A DNA stretch of 32,000 bases from an uncultured Candidatus Brocadia sp. Lineage in GTDB: Bacteria > Planctomycetota > Brocadiia > Brocadiales > Brocadiaceae. Below, in pieces: positions 1 to 9,933 of the stretch. A program made the position numbers and the translations under genes. Every line of letters starts with the position of its first letter. Positions within the stretch are counted from its first letter, which is position 1. The notes under the pieces were generated by a model that was given only the letters and a program-made list of their open reading frames with translations, ran no database searches and was not told the DNA's origin. The stretch is taken from contig CAZBCT010000003.1 of the NCBI GenBank assembly GCA_964490485.1, forward strand, positions 35,280-67,279, written 5' to 3'.

Positions 1-151
1 GTACAGGGATATGCCCGCGTCTTCGATGGTATTCCGGTACCCGACCCGATGATCGTCAATTCCATTTTATAAAATTCTTACCACGAAACAGAAGGAAGTG
101 CTATTAATTCCAATAACAACCGATTTCCTTTTCGTGGAGGTATTCATAGCT

Positions 152-2077
152 CTATACTTTCATTCCAATCTCTACACCCTCAGCGATGGCCTCAAGGGCG
201 GTACGGCCTTCTGCGGCATCACCAACAGTGTAAACCGTAGGAATAAAGGGTTGGATAGAGACAGCGAGTGCGCTGTTCGGTTGATGGAGGGTGGGAATGA
301 CAATGGTATCAAACCCATCGAGTTTTTGATCTGCTTCCCGCCGGCGATTGATAATGATATAATTATGTCCAACCTCAACAACTTTTGTGTTGACGTACAA
401 TTGAGCTCCCATCTTCTTAAGACGTTCACAAACATGATACCGGGGGTGTGCAACGAGTCCCAATCCAAGCACACGCCTCATCTCTATGAGGGTAATCTTT
501 TTTCCTCTGGAAGCGAGAAAGTCGGCAAGCTCGCAACCCTCAGGACCTCCTCCAACGATGGCAATGTTGTTTCCAAGAGAATCTGAATTTACAAATGCCT
601 GCTTAACGTCGATCGTACCGTTATTTTGTGCACCGCCGATCTCAATATGCACGTTCCTGGCGCCATGTGCGAGAACAACTACGTCAGGGGAAAATTGTTT
701 GATTGCTTCCGCTGTTGCCTCTGTGTTAAGCTGAATCAAAGCGTCAGTTTTTTTAACCTGAAGGATTAAATAATCGAGAAATTTTCCTAAAGATTCCTTC
801 TTCGGCGCCAGTGATGCATAGCAGAAACTTCCTCCCAGCCGTGATCCTTTTTCCCACAGGGTAACTTTATGCCCTCGGCCTGATAATACCTGCGCGGCTG
901 ATAATCCTGCCGGTCCACCCCCGACAATGAGTATTCTTTTTGGGTGTGTGGTTTTCGTCGTGCGGTGAATATTTTCTTTACCAATAGAGGGATTGACCGT
1001 ACAGACAAGCCTTTTATTAGAGATACTTTCGATACACCGGTTACAGCTTATGCAGGTTCTTATATCATCGGGTCTGCCGTCTTTCACCTTATTAGGGAAG
1101 TGCGGGTCGGCAATAAGGGTACGCCCCAACACAATAAGGTCTGCCTTGTTTTCCTGTAATATGCTTTCAGCCATAGCGGGATTTAAAATCCTCCCAACAG
1201 CTAATACGGGTATTTTTACCACAGATTTGATCCCCGCTGCGAGATGGACAAAACAGCCTTCTTCTAGATAATAACAGGGTATATTGAAAAACGCGGATGC
1301 GTAGTTGCATGCAGAAACGTGAAGAGCGCTTGTGCCAGCCCTTTCAAGTATTTTGGCTATCTCCCTGCTTTCTTCCAATTTCAGCCCCGTATCAGTATAT
1401 TCGTCTGCGCTGATACGACAAATGACCGGATAATCCCCTGAAGCACACCTACGTATACCTTCAACAATTTCCTGCGCAAATCGTGAACGACGGGCAGTGC
1501 TTCCCCCGTAATCGTCTGTGCGCGTATTAGATTCCGGGGAAAGAAATTGATTCGCCAGATATCCGTGCGCCATGTGAATTTCAACACCATCAAATCCTGC
1601 GCTTATGGCACGAACAGCGCCTTGAATAAATTTGTTGATTATGTCCCTGATTTCTTCAGCCGTTAATTCTCTGGGCATTTCTTTGGTTAAAGGGCTCGGA
1701 ATAGCAGACGGGGCTACCGGCTTCAAACCGGTAAAGTATGGCAATGCCTCTTTCCCTGCATGACTTAATTGAATAACAATTTTTCCGCCTGCGGCATGGA
1801 TGCAATCCGTGAGTTTTTTAAAGCCTGGAATATATTTGTCATCATGGATGCATAACATGCCGTCATTGACCCTGCCTGCAGGGTCGACGGCTGTATTTTC
1901 CAGGGTAATATACCCCACTCCTCCCACAGCACGCTCTTTGTAGTAAACAATAAGCTCCTCAGTCACAAAACCCTCTGTATCGCATAAATGCGTCTCCATA
2001 GGGGACATTACCATGCGATTCTTTACGCTCAGAGAGCCTAGCTTAAATGGACTGAAGAGTTTTGGAAAAGCATTCAT
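152..2077 (-). CDS. NADH:flavin oxidoreductase / 2,4-dienoyl-CoA reductase-like (OYE-type TIM barrel + 4Fe-4S + FAD/NAD(P) domain)
   Basis: 641-aa ORF; N-terminal '[23 protein letters not shown]', '[14 protein letters not shown]', Cys motif 'CISCNRCI...CTVNP', dinucleotide-binding '[17 protein letters not shown]' and '[17 protein letters not shown]'. Confidence 0.9.
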   Translation of the reverse strand: MNAFPKLFSPFKLGSLSVKNRMVMSPMETHLCDTEGFVTEELIVYYKERAVGGVGYITLENTAVDPAGRVNDGMLCIHDDKYIPGFKKLTDCIHAAGGKIVIQLSHAGKEALPYFTGLKPVAPSAIPSPLTKEMPRELTAEEIRDIINKFIQGAVRAISAGFDGVEIHMAHGYLANQFLSPESNTRTDDYGGSTARRSRFAQEIVEGIRRCASGDYPVICRISADEYTDTGLKLEESREIAKILERAGTSALHVSACNYASAFFNIPCYYLEEGCFVHLAAGIKSVVKIPVLAVGRILNPAMAESILQENKADLIVLGRTLIADPHFPNKVKDGRPDDIRTCISCNRCIESISNKRLVCTVNPSIGKENIHRTTKTTHPKRILIVGGGPAGLSAAQVLSGRGHKVTLWEKGSRLGGSFCYASLAPKKESLGKFLDYLILQVKKTDALIQLNTEATAEAIKQFSPDVVVLAHGARNVHIEIGGAQNNGTIDVKQAFVNSDSLGNNIAIVGGGPEGCELADFLASRGKKITLIEMRRVLGLGLVAHPRYHVCERLKKMGAQLYVNTKVVEVGHNYIIINRRREADQKLDGFDTIVIPTLHQPNSALAVSIQPFIPTVYTVGDAAEGRTALEAIAEGVEIGMKV

Positions 2078-2163
2078 TATTTATAAAACCTCCACCTTGG
2101 TATTGGGTTGAATTATTTGTTGTTTGGCGCCTGAAATATGACGTTTTTCTGCATTATCTGCGA

Positions 2164-3279
2164 CTATCGTGTCTGGGCTAATGCCCTTTTTCTTCTTACG
2201 GGGTTATAGAGTGTGTTCCGTTCAACGGGTTCACGGCCAGCCTCTTTGATGAGTTTGATGATTTCACGGGCAGACAATGCCTCCGGCGTTTCGGCCCCTG
2301 CGGCGTGGGTGATTTTTTCCTCTTGTACCGTGCCGTCGATATCGTCCACGCCGAAACTGAGAGAAACTTGGGATAGCTTGATTCCCAGCATAATCCAATA
2401 TGCCTTGATGTGGTCAAAGTTGTCGAGCATCAACCGGCTTATTGAAATGACTTTTAAATCTAACATAGCGGTAGTACCCGTACTGTTTGACAGTTCAGTA
2501 TTTTTTGGGTGAAATGCAAGCGGAATAAAGGCCAGAAATCCGCCGGTCTCGTCTTGAAGCTCCCGCAACTTCACAAGATGGTTGATTCTGTCTTCGGGTG
2601 TTTCGACATGACCGTAAAGCATAGTTGCATTGCTTCGTAATCCCAGGGCATGGGCCTCACGCATTACCTGTAACCATCCCTCGCCGCTGAGTTTTTCAGG
2701 ACATAATTGCTCACGAATTTTTGGAGAAAATACCTCAGCGCCGCCGCCCGGTAATGAACCCAACCCTGCCTCGCTGAGTTCTCTTAGTGTTTGCCGCACG
2801 GAAAGCCTTGCTATTTGTGACAAGTGTTCGATTTCTACTGCAGTAAATGCCTGGATGTGTACATCAGGACAATTTTCGTGAATCTCACGGATCATTCTTA
2901 GATAAAAATCGAATGGTAGGTCTGGGTGCAATCCGCCTACGATATGGAGTTCTGTTGCGCCTTCTTCTACCGCAGCCATGGCTTTATCAAGAATTTCTTC
3001 CAAGGCCATCTCATAGGAGCCTGCCTCTTCTTTGTCTCTGCTAAAGGCGCAGAACTTGCACCGGTTCTTGCAGATATTGGAGTAGTTGATATGCCGATTA
3101 GTAATATAGTATGCCTTATTGCCATTTTTCCGTTCACGGACGATATTTGCTATATGTCCGATGTGAAGGATATCGTTGGACTTGAAGAGTCGCACGCCAT
3201 CCTCGAAGCTCAGGCGCTTACCATGCTCAACCTTTTGAAGGATATCATATATGGGCGACAATCGTAGTAATTTTTCCAT
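2164..3279 (-). CDS. mqnE: Aminofutalosine synthase MqnE-like radical SAM enzyme (futalosine menaquinone pathway)
   Basis: 371-aa ORF; radical SAM motif 'CKNRCKFCAF', 'ELHIVGGLHPDLPFDFY', 'GLGSLPGGGAEVFSP'. Confidence 0.85.
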   Translation of the reverse strand: MEKLLRLSPIYDILQKVEHGKRLSFEDGVRLFKSNDILHIGHIANIVRERKNGNKAYYITNRHINYSNICKNRCKFCAFSRDKEEAGSYEMALEEILDKAMAAVEEGATELHIVGGLHPDLPFDFYLRMIREIHENCPDVHIQAFTAVEIEHLSQIARLSVRQTLRELSEAGLGSLPGGGAEVFSPKIREQLCPEKLSGEGWLQVMREAHALGLRSNATMLYGHVETPEDRINHLVKLRELQDETGGFLAFIPLAFHPKNTELSNSTGTTAMLDLKVISISRLMLDNFDHIKAYWIMLGIKLSQVSLSFGVDDIDGTVQEEKITHAAGAETPEALSAREIIKLIKEAGREPVERNTLYNPVRRKRALAQTR

Positions 3280-3396
3280 TTTATGAAAATATCAGAATTT
3301 GACGTCAAAATCAAGAAATATGTCCCGCTACTGGTGATGTAAGGGTTCTCGTTTTTCGACAGGATTTGCAGGATGAAAAGAGCTTCTTCCCTCTGC

Positions 3397-3427
3397 TCAG
3401 AATGACATGTATACACTGTCATTCTGA
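3397..3427. repeat. Short inverted repeat TCAGAATGACA-N9-TGTCATTCTGA, followed by 'ATGAAGCCGAGCGAAATGAAGAATCT'
   Basis: Perfect 11-bp arms read directly; resembles interspersed 'CATTCTGA..GAAG..GAAGAATCT' repeats common in bacterial genomes. Confidence 0.6.
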
Positions 3428-3646
3428 ATGAAGCCGAGCGAAATGAAGAATCTATAAAGGTTTTACCAAAGAGGCATTTCAAAAAGCTAAATTAGTACCA
3501 TCACGGACTTGATCGGATATTTTATCATCATATCCATATTGACAAATTGGTCTCCTTTATTATATTGTATCACGATAAATTTTTATGATATCTGTAATAA
3601 AAGACAACATATAGGCTGTGTAATCCATGTTCGCCAGGAGAAGAAA

Positions 3647-4408
3647 ATGACCGAATCAAAAGAAATGTACGAACGATGTGAAGGATCACTAGCCTCAGTC
3701 CTCGGGCTTGCTATTCATTTCCTTGAAACGCTTCGCTTCAACCGAAAAAATCCGCAACAACTATATTCCGTTTGCCTTTACGCACGCTTACTTGAACTTG
3801 CTACTGCATGCAAAGCCCTTCTTGAAAAAAATGCAATGGTCGGCATCCCCATCCTTCTGCGTAGTATGTTTGAAGCAGACATCGATCTCACCAACTTGAT
3901 GAAGTGTTCGGATTATTACAAACGCATGTATGCTTCATTCCTCCAAGCGAAGATTCGTTTGACCAAAGAAGCTGCATCATCCAGACCAAATCCGTTTCTC
4001 GCAGAAATAAGGGCAAATCGAAATCATAAAAAGGACCTTTGCGAGACACAGGCGGAACTAGACAAACTCATTGCTGAAAAGAATGGCCCTATTAATATCC
4101 GATGTTGCGCTGAATTCGCGGGCAAACTGGATGAATACCTGTCAAATTATAATAGCCTTTGCCTCGACACCCATAACAACATCCGCTCTTTAGAGGAATG
4201 GTACATCCAGAAGCTTGCGGCTGAAGACTATCGTGTTGTCGTGTTCAAACAGTCCAAGGTGGACATTGTTCCCGCACTCATGTACATCTCGCATATCTTA
4301 CTTATTCAAACAAAATCCCTTGCTGATTTCCTTGGAACCACGGGCATTGAATTTGATAGGTACTTCACTGAATTGCAGGAGCTTGCAGATTCAGCAACGG
4401 GCGACTAA
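3647..4408 (+). CDS. Hypothetical protein, DUF5677-like
   Basis: ORF 3509..4408; preferred start at MTESKEMYERCEG (after AGGAGAAGAAA). 'ELATACKALLEKNAMVGIPILLRSMFEADIDLTNL' resembles DUF5677 family members. Confidence 0.6.
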   Translation: MTESKEMYERCEGSLASVLGLAIHFLETLRFNRKNPQQLYSVCLYARLLELATACKALLEKNAMVGIPILLRSMFEADIDLTNLMKCSDYYKRMYASFLQAKIRLTKEAASSRPNPFLAEIRANRNHKKDLCETQAELDKLIAEKNGPINIRCCAEFAGKLDEYLSNYNSLCLDTHNNIRSLEEWYIQKLAAEDYRVVVFKQSKVDIVPALMYISHILLIQTKSLADFLGTTGIEFDRYFTELQELADSATGD

Positions 4409-4542
4409 AAAGAGTGAAACGGCGAACCATAAGATTGACCAGAATTTCGTCTTGTCATCCACATCTGTTATTTGGCTATAAATGCCGACAATCTTCGTGA
4501 TTATTTATGTGTATTTTTGGTATTGATGTGGGGGGAAATTTT

Positions 4543-5175
4543 ATGGATTCAATTATTACTGCTTTAGCTACCTTAGCTGCTGCATATTTTGGTGCCTTAT
4601 TTGCCTTTAAATTTCAAGAAAGAAAAGAAGAACGAAAAATTCGAACTAACAATATTGCTGCTGGGAATCGTGCTATGTTTTTACTATTCAGGCAATTCAA
4701 TGAATTATCTGGTATTCAAAAACAAATAATTGAACCTGCCAGAACACATCCGGCCAAATTTGTTGTTATGCGCCCAGCTCTTCCTTTGAATTATCAGAGT
4801 TTAAGATTTGAGGTAAGCAACTTAAGCTTCCTTCTCGAAACAAAACATCGGCAAGTTTTAATGGATTTATTAATAGAAGAAGGTAGATTTCATGCGGCAG
4901 TGCAAACTCTAAATGAGCGTTCAAAAATGCATCTCCATGATGTACAACCAGTTTTGGAAAAAGCAGGAATGGTCGAGGGCGGTGATTATTCACTGTCTCA
5001 ACTTGAAGAAGCCATGGGCAATCGTTTATTTGTACAACTTAACCGAGCTACAGATCAGATGATAGACCATATCGATGATAGTATTAAATCTCTTCTGCAA
5101 ATGAGTGATAAATTATATGAAGTATTAAAAGAATTATATCCTGGTGAAATATTTATTAAATTTAAAGCCACATAA
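4543..5175 (+). CDS. Hypothetical protein with one N-terminal transmembrane segment
   Basis: ORF 4507..5175; likely start MDSIITALATLAAAYFGALFAFKF; stop codon TAA lies inside an attC-like box. Confidence 0.6.
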   Translation: MDSIITALATLAAAYFGALFAFKFQERKEERKIRTNNIAAGNRAMFLLFRQFNELSGIQKQIIEPARTHPAKFVVMRPALPLNYQSLRFEVSNLSFLLETKHRQVLMDLLIEEGRFHAAVQTLNERSKMHLHDVQPVLEKAGMVEGGDYSLSQLEEAMGNRLFVQLNRATDQMIDHIDDSIKSLLQMSDKLYEVLKELYPGEIFIKFKAT

Positions 5176-5304
5176 CAATTGCGTGCACTTGAACGAGTGC
5201 CACAGGACGCTTTTTCGGCATATGGTTGGTTTAAGGAGTGTAAAACAATTTTTGGGCAAGCTAGGGTGATGCAGTGGCACTCGTCAGTGACGCTGGCGTT
5301 CGAC
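5170..5304 (+). other. Lone attC-like site (integron cassette recombination site), plus orientation
   Basis: ACATAAC...GTTCGAC; arms 'GCGTGCACTTGAACGAGTGCCAC' versus reverse complement of the 3' arm 'GCGTCACTGACGAGTGCCAC' match with extrahelical bases; stop codon of the preceding ORF sits in the first box. Confidence 0.5.
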
Positions 5305-5339
5305 GGAAAGAGAACAGATAGCATACGTATCGGTGATAG

Positions 5340-6335
5340 ATGACTGACAGTACTGGAAAAAACAATGCCATTGTCCCAGCGCAACCACAACAGCTAGCGG
5401 TGCGTCATGTATGGCTCATCGAGAGAGGCATTCATTCGCTCCCAATTCTAGGAATAACCGAGAGCCGTGTTAAGGAATTTTGTTCAATCCTTGAGGATTC
5501 TGACTTTCTTAACCGCGAAATAACACTGAAAACAATAGTAGATATTGGGACTCACATCAGGTCATGCAGACGGCACCTTGACTCGCTCATCTTTCCGTTA
5601 GTTAAAAACTTTTACTTTTGTTTCGAAGAATCAGAGCGTGAAAGTCGTGCCAGCGGTCACGAACCTCACCCTAGAGAGCGTGAATACACTAAGCTTTCTT
5701 TCGCGGCACTGGAGGCGTTAGTCGGCCCTTTAATGAGTCCCGATGAGGCGATAATGGATATTGTATACTTTGGAACGACTGCCTCGCGCATACGTGCTAT
5801 CGACTGGCTCTCAGATAATAAACAAAGACTTACTACAGCTACCCATGACTTATTCTCTGATTATTTGCGCACGATGCTCCTTTCCACTATACAGAGCACA
5901 CCGTTATTTCTTGCACTGAAATATGCGGATGCAGAGATACACGATCATATTGAGGAAGCCATATACTTTTTTATAGACAAGATTATTCTTGAGAACATAC
6001 CACCGGACGAGCTTAAGGAAAAGGTCGGATGTTACGTTTGTGGTTTATCTTACAACGAGAAAGCCTCCCAAGAGGCTGTAATCTATGCTCTTGGCAAGTT
6101 AGCAGAATTGGGTGATCCCACATATGTGGAATGTGCCTGTGAGATGTTCTTTGTGATAGCGGAAAAGTATAGAGATTTAGACAGGTACTCTGACGATGAA
6201 CTGGAAATGATTTCCTGTGCGTATAAGAAATGTATGAAAGCCCTTTTCGCGCGGTTTTCATCTAACGGACTTGAAGTATACAAATACAAGGAACTTGTTA
6301 TGGAAGAGCTCAAACGTCGAGGATTGCATGGGTGA
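5340..6335 (+). CDS. Hypothetical protein
   Basis: 331-aa ORF; no family recognised; begins 35 nt after the attC-like site and overlaps the next ORF. Confidence 0.6.
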   Translation: MTDSTGKNNAIVPAQPQQLAVRHVWLIERGIHSLPILGITESRVKEFCSILEDSDFLNREITLKTIVDIGTHIRSCRRHLDSLIFPLVKNFYFCFEESERESRASGHEPHPREREYTKLSFAALEALVGPLMSPDEAIMDIVYFGTTASRIRAIDWLSDNKQRLTTATHDLFSDYLRTMLLSTIQSTPLFLALKYADAEIHDHIEEAIYFFIDKIILENIPPDELKEKVGCYVCGLSYNEKASQEAVIYALGKLAELGDPTYVECACEMFFVIAEKYRDLDRYSDDELEMISCAYKKCMKALFARFSSNGLEVYKYKELVMEELKRRGLHG

Positions 6336-7113
6336 ATATATGAGCGGGAGCGCACAAGGACGGCAAACGCCGGAAGATATCGAACTTGAGAGAAAACAAG
6401 AGGATCTTCGTGAACTCGAAGCAGAGTTTGCTGAAAAGGAACTTAGGCTTGCTACTTTACGCGCCGAACTGCATCACTTTGATATGCGATACATCAGGCA
6501 TGTCGGAAGCTTGTATACGGTTCTTGATGACTTGGAAGCGCAAATTGCCGAAGAGGTAGCACGCAAGCACCCTCGAAATGAACGTGCAAGGAAAATGGCA
6601 GAACATGCCCGCTCCAAAGCGCGAAAATCGGCGTCTGAAGCAACGCCATCCGATGAAACGTATGTTTCAGGAGACGAATTCAAGCCATCTGAAAGGTTGA
6701 AGGCACTTTACAGATCAGCAGCAAAGGCCATCCATCCTGACCTTGCCAGCGATAATGCCGATTGTGCGCGTCGCCACAAGGCGATGGCATCAGTAAATGA
6801 AGCATACGAAAAGGGAGACGAGAAGCGCATTAAAGCCATCATTGAGGAGTGGGAGTCTAGCCCTGAATCGGTGAAAGGCGAGGGAACTGCTGCCGGGCTT
6901 GTCCGAATAATCCGGCGTATTTCTTTAATCCGCAAGAGGCTTGACAGTATTAGAAATGAGATTGACCACCTCCAGAGTAGCTCTCTGGCACTATTGAAGC
7001 GGAAGGTTGATGCGGGACTCGCTCAAGGACGGGACATATTGAAGGAAATGGCAGTCGGAATTCAGGCAGAAATCCAGGAAGCGGAAGAGCGACTTGCTCA
7101 GATATGTCAATAG
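6271..7113 (+). CDS. Coiled-coil protein with a J-domain-like segment
   Basis: 280-aa frame, likely start at MSGSAQGRQTPED; 'SERLKALYRSAAKAIHPDLASDNADCARRHKAMASVNEAYEKGDEKRIKAIIEE' matches the J-domain pattern (HPD, late helix). Confidence 0.65.
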   Translation: MKYTNTRNLLWKSSNVEDCMGEYMSGSAQGRQTPEDIELERKQEDLRELEAEFAEKELRLATLRAELHHFDMRYIRHVGSLYTVLDDLEAQIAEEVARKHPRNERARKMAEHARSKARKSASEATPSDETYVSGDEFKPSERLKALYRSAAKAIHPDLASDNADCARRHKAMASVNEAYEKGDEKRIKAIIEEWESSPESVKGEGTAAGLVRIIRRISLIRKRLDSIRNEIDHLQSSSLALLKRKVDAGLAQGRDILKEMAVGIQAEIQEAEERLAQICQ

Positions 7114-7414
7114 AAAATCGTCGAACCAGGAGCGCAGACAGATGCGGACAAACTGTGTTACTGAACTATGATGCAAAAAACGATTTTTTTCTAATGCTCA
7201 TTCTTGCATATTTTCAAAGTCAAGCCCCAGCCTTTGCAACAGCAAGTGTTTTTCCATTGATTTTCTTTGTCTTCTCTGTCTTAATATTTTTACGATATCT
7301 AACTTTAAGCAAACGAATAACCAAAGTTCCTTTCCAAGGTTAAATACATTTCTTCAATATAGCAGTTCTGTGTTTAAGGGTTGACAACGCTTTTGTTGTT
7401 TACGGAGGAAAATT

Positions 7415-8509
7415 ATGAGGAGTAAGGTCTATTTTATTAAAGTAGAAAAAGGTGAGAATGTTTCTTCCATTGCAAAAAAGACGAAACAGCTTTTTAATTT
7501 TGCTGGCTTTGCAGATGCGATCCGTAAAAACGACATGGTAGCAGTAAAGACCAGCTTTGGCGAAAAAGGGAATATTGGACATCTCAAGCCACCGATTATA
7601 AAGGCCGTTGTGGACAAAGTAAGGGCGTGTCATGGCAAACCCTTTTTGATAGAGACAAACACCCTGTATGTCGGCCGACGTACCAATGCCGTTGATCATA
7701 TCTCACATGCCCACGATCACGGTTTTGGATATGAAAATATCGGTGCTCCCATTATTATTGGAGACGGGCTCTTTGGTGAGCATGGCGTGCAAGTAGAGAT
7801 CAACCAGAAATTGTGCAAATATGCATATGTAGCTGGTGTAGCGCAAGCAGCAAATACCATCGTCTCAATAGCGCATGTGACAGGGCATCTGGCAACGGGT
7901 ATGGGAGCCACGCTGAAGAATATTGGGATGGGGCTCTCATCACGCGGCGGAAAACTTGCCCAGCACTCTGGTGTAATCCCTCAAATCCTGAAGAAACGGT
8001 GCAATGCCTGTGGTGCGTGCGGCAAATGGTGCCCGGTGGGGGCAATCCAGATGGATGATCAGTATGCCGTTATTGATCCAAAGATATGCATCGGGTGCGG
8101 GGAATGTTTGGCCGTATGTCAATTCGGTGCTGTGAAAATTGCCTGGGACGAAAATACGGTTAATCTTCAAAAAAAGGTTGCAGAATACTGCCTTGCCATT
8201 TTAAAAGGAAAGAACGGCAAGGCGGTCTTTTTCAATTTTCTGACCCATATTACCAAGCACTGCGATTGTATGGGCAAACCGTTTCAGGCTGATATTGCAG
8301 ATATTGGCATCGTTGCATCCATTGATCCCGTTGCCATTGAAAAGGCAACTGCGGATATTATTCAGGACCACACCGGAAAGGACTTCTTTAAAGATGCCTG
8401 GCCACACATTGATTATACCATTCAAATTGCCTATGCACAGGAGATTGGTCTGGGCAGTATGGATTACGAATTGATACCTTGTGGACAGGATGCCGGCGTT
8501 GTAGTTTAG
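7415..8509 (+). CDS. DUF362 domain protein with two 4Fe-4S ferredoxin motifs
   Basis: 364 aa; 'VAVKTSFGEKGNIGHLKPP', 'CNACGACGKWCPVGAI', 'CIGCGECLAVCQFGAV'. Confidence 0.85.
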   Translation: MRSKVYFIKVEKGENVSSIAKKTKQLFNFAGFADAIRKNDMVAVKTSFGEKGNIGHLKPPIIKAVVDKVRACHGKPFLIETNTLYVGRRTNAVDHISHAHDHGFGYENIGAPIIIGDGLFGEHGVQVEINQKLCKYAYVAGVAQAANTIVSIAHVTGHLATGMGATLKNIGMGLSSRGGKLAQHSGVIPQILKKRCNACGACGKWCPVGAIQMDDQYAVIDPKICIGCGECLAVCQFGAVKIAWDENTVNLQKKVAEYCLAILKGKNGKAVFFNFLTHITKHCDCMGKPFQADIADIGIVASIDPVAIEKATADIIQDHTGKDFFKDAWPHIDYTIQIAYAQEIGLGSMDYELIPCGQDAGVVV

Positions 8510-8578
8510 ATGAAATGGTAAGGATTGCCCATCTCTGAGTTATTCCGTAGGTTTATCATCTTTTCGGAAAAGGATCAT

Positions 8579-9277
8579 CTAAAAAGAACTCCCTTGTACT
8601 ATGGTATCCAGAAGACGCAGGAGTTCCGTTGGCCTTTTGATCAAGAGCCGCGCGCCATTTTCCAGAAGTTCTTGTCCCGAGCGGAAGCCCCAGAGGGCTC
8701 CCACGGGATACATACCCGCCGACACGGCGGTCTTCATGTCGATGGCGGTGTCGCCAAGGTAGACAAACTGTGATGAAGAGATATTGAGGAAGCGGGAGAT
8801 TTCCAATGCCCCTGATGGGTCTGGCTTGAGAGGCACGGAGTCACGCTGCCCCAGCACGAGATCAAATGTCCATTGGGGAAAATATTCACTTACACACCGC
8901 TTGGTAAAATCATCCGGCTTGTTTGATAAAACAGCCATTTTCACGTCGTGTGCCGCCAGCGCATTAAGCATTTCTGCCACCCCCTCGTAGGGTCTTGTCT
9001 TTATCTTCCATTCTCGTTCATATTCTGCACGGAATGCCTGGACACAATCATGGATAGTAACATCACTCCGTCTGTCCTCAGGCAGTGCACGCCTCATCAG
9101 CACAACCGCACCATCACCCACCATGTAACGATATGCATTCATATCATGCGTGGGAAATCCGTTCTTCTCAAGAACACGATTTGCAGCGCTCGCCAAATCT
9201 TCCAAAGTGTCAAGGAGTGTTCCATCGAGATCAAAGATTATAGCTTTAAATGGCATAGCTCTATCTTTAAAAACCAT
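8579..9277 (-). CDS. gph: HAD-superfamily hydrolase, phosphoglycolate phosphatase-like
   Basis: 232 aa; 'IIFDLDGTLLDTLEDLASAANRVL', 'VLSNKPDDF', 'KPDPSG', 'VYLGDTAIDMKTAVSAGMYPVGALWGFR'. Confidence 0.75.
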   Translation of the reverse strand: MVFKDRAMPFKAIIFDLDGTLLDTLEDLASAANRVLEKNGFPTHDMNAYRYMVGDGAVVLMRRALPEDRRSDVTIHDCVQAFRAEYEREWKIKTRPYEGVAEMLNALAAHDVKMAVLSNKPDDFTKRCVSEYFPQWTFDLVLGQRDSVPLKPDPSGALEISRFLNISSSQFVYLGDTAIDMKTAVSAGMYPVGALWGFRSGQELLENGARLLIKRPTELLRLLDTIVQGSSF

Positions 9278-9600
9278 CCGGGTCTGTATTATTTAACAAT
9301 AAAAGGGGACAGGATGCTTTTGGCATCATGCTGTTGATTGTGTGTTAACATCCTTTAATATATACAATACCATGCTGACAATGCGAAAATAAAGATAAAA
9401 ATGAATGGTTAAGAAACTCCTTGAGACTGATAACTCAAGGTCAGTCTTGAAAGTGACATTGGTTTTTTATGTCGGTGTAATGGTAATTCTATTTCACCCC
9501 TTCAGGCTTTTTTACCGTATAGTGGATTTTGTTTTTATTGCGTGTGAATGCCTTCAGGTACGTTGCACCTACAGAGAAAGGTGTTTTTCAAAAAGCTAAA

Positions 9601-9747
9601 GTATTACGTTTTTTGAAAATGTAGGGGCGAAGCATTTGCCGGCTTGTGTATGAGCGCATGTATACCAACGATAGCAAATGCTTCGCCCCTACACTGTGCG
9701 GTACACATCGCCATTAATTGGTTCTTTTCAAAAAACTAAATTGTTGT
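9601..9747. repeat. Palindromic MITE-like element, copy 1
   Basis: GTAGGGGCGAAGCATTTGC (9621-9639) inverted at 9674-9692 (GCAAATGCTTCGCCCCTAC); outer TTTTTTGAAAA / TTTTCAAAAAACTAAATTGTTG arms; matches the element at 20841-20990. Confidence 0.8.
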
Positions 9748-9933
9748 CAATCTTCATATAAAACATACACCGTTAGGCAGAAAATATATAAAATCACCCA
9801 TAAAAACTCAAAGATATAGTGCCGAAAAATGAGGCACTAAAATTGCAACTTATTGAGTTACTGAAGATTCGATTTTTACTTGTTGAACTTGGGTTATGAT
9901 CGGCTATTTATTTTGTGGTAGATTCGCATACGC

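Noticed and set aside
3397-3427. Inverted repeat after mqnE as a specific regulatory site
   Set aside because: Sequence and flanking CGAGCGAAATGAAGAATCT match a widespread dispersed repeat type, so a gene-specific role is unlikely.
4409-4542. Possible attC upstream of the 222-aa ORF (GCGAAC...GTTATTT)
   Set aside because: Outer boxes fit the consensus poorly and the arms pair only weakly; not enough to call a second plus-strand cassette boundary.
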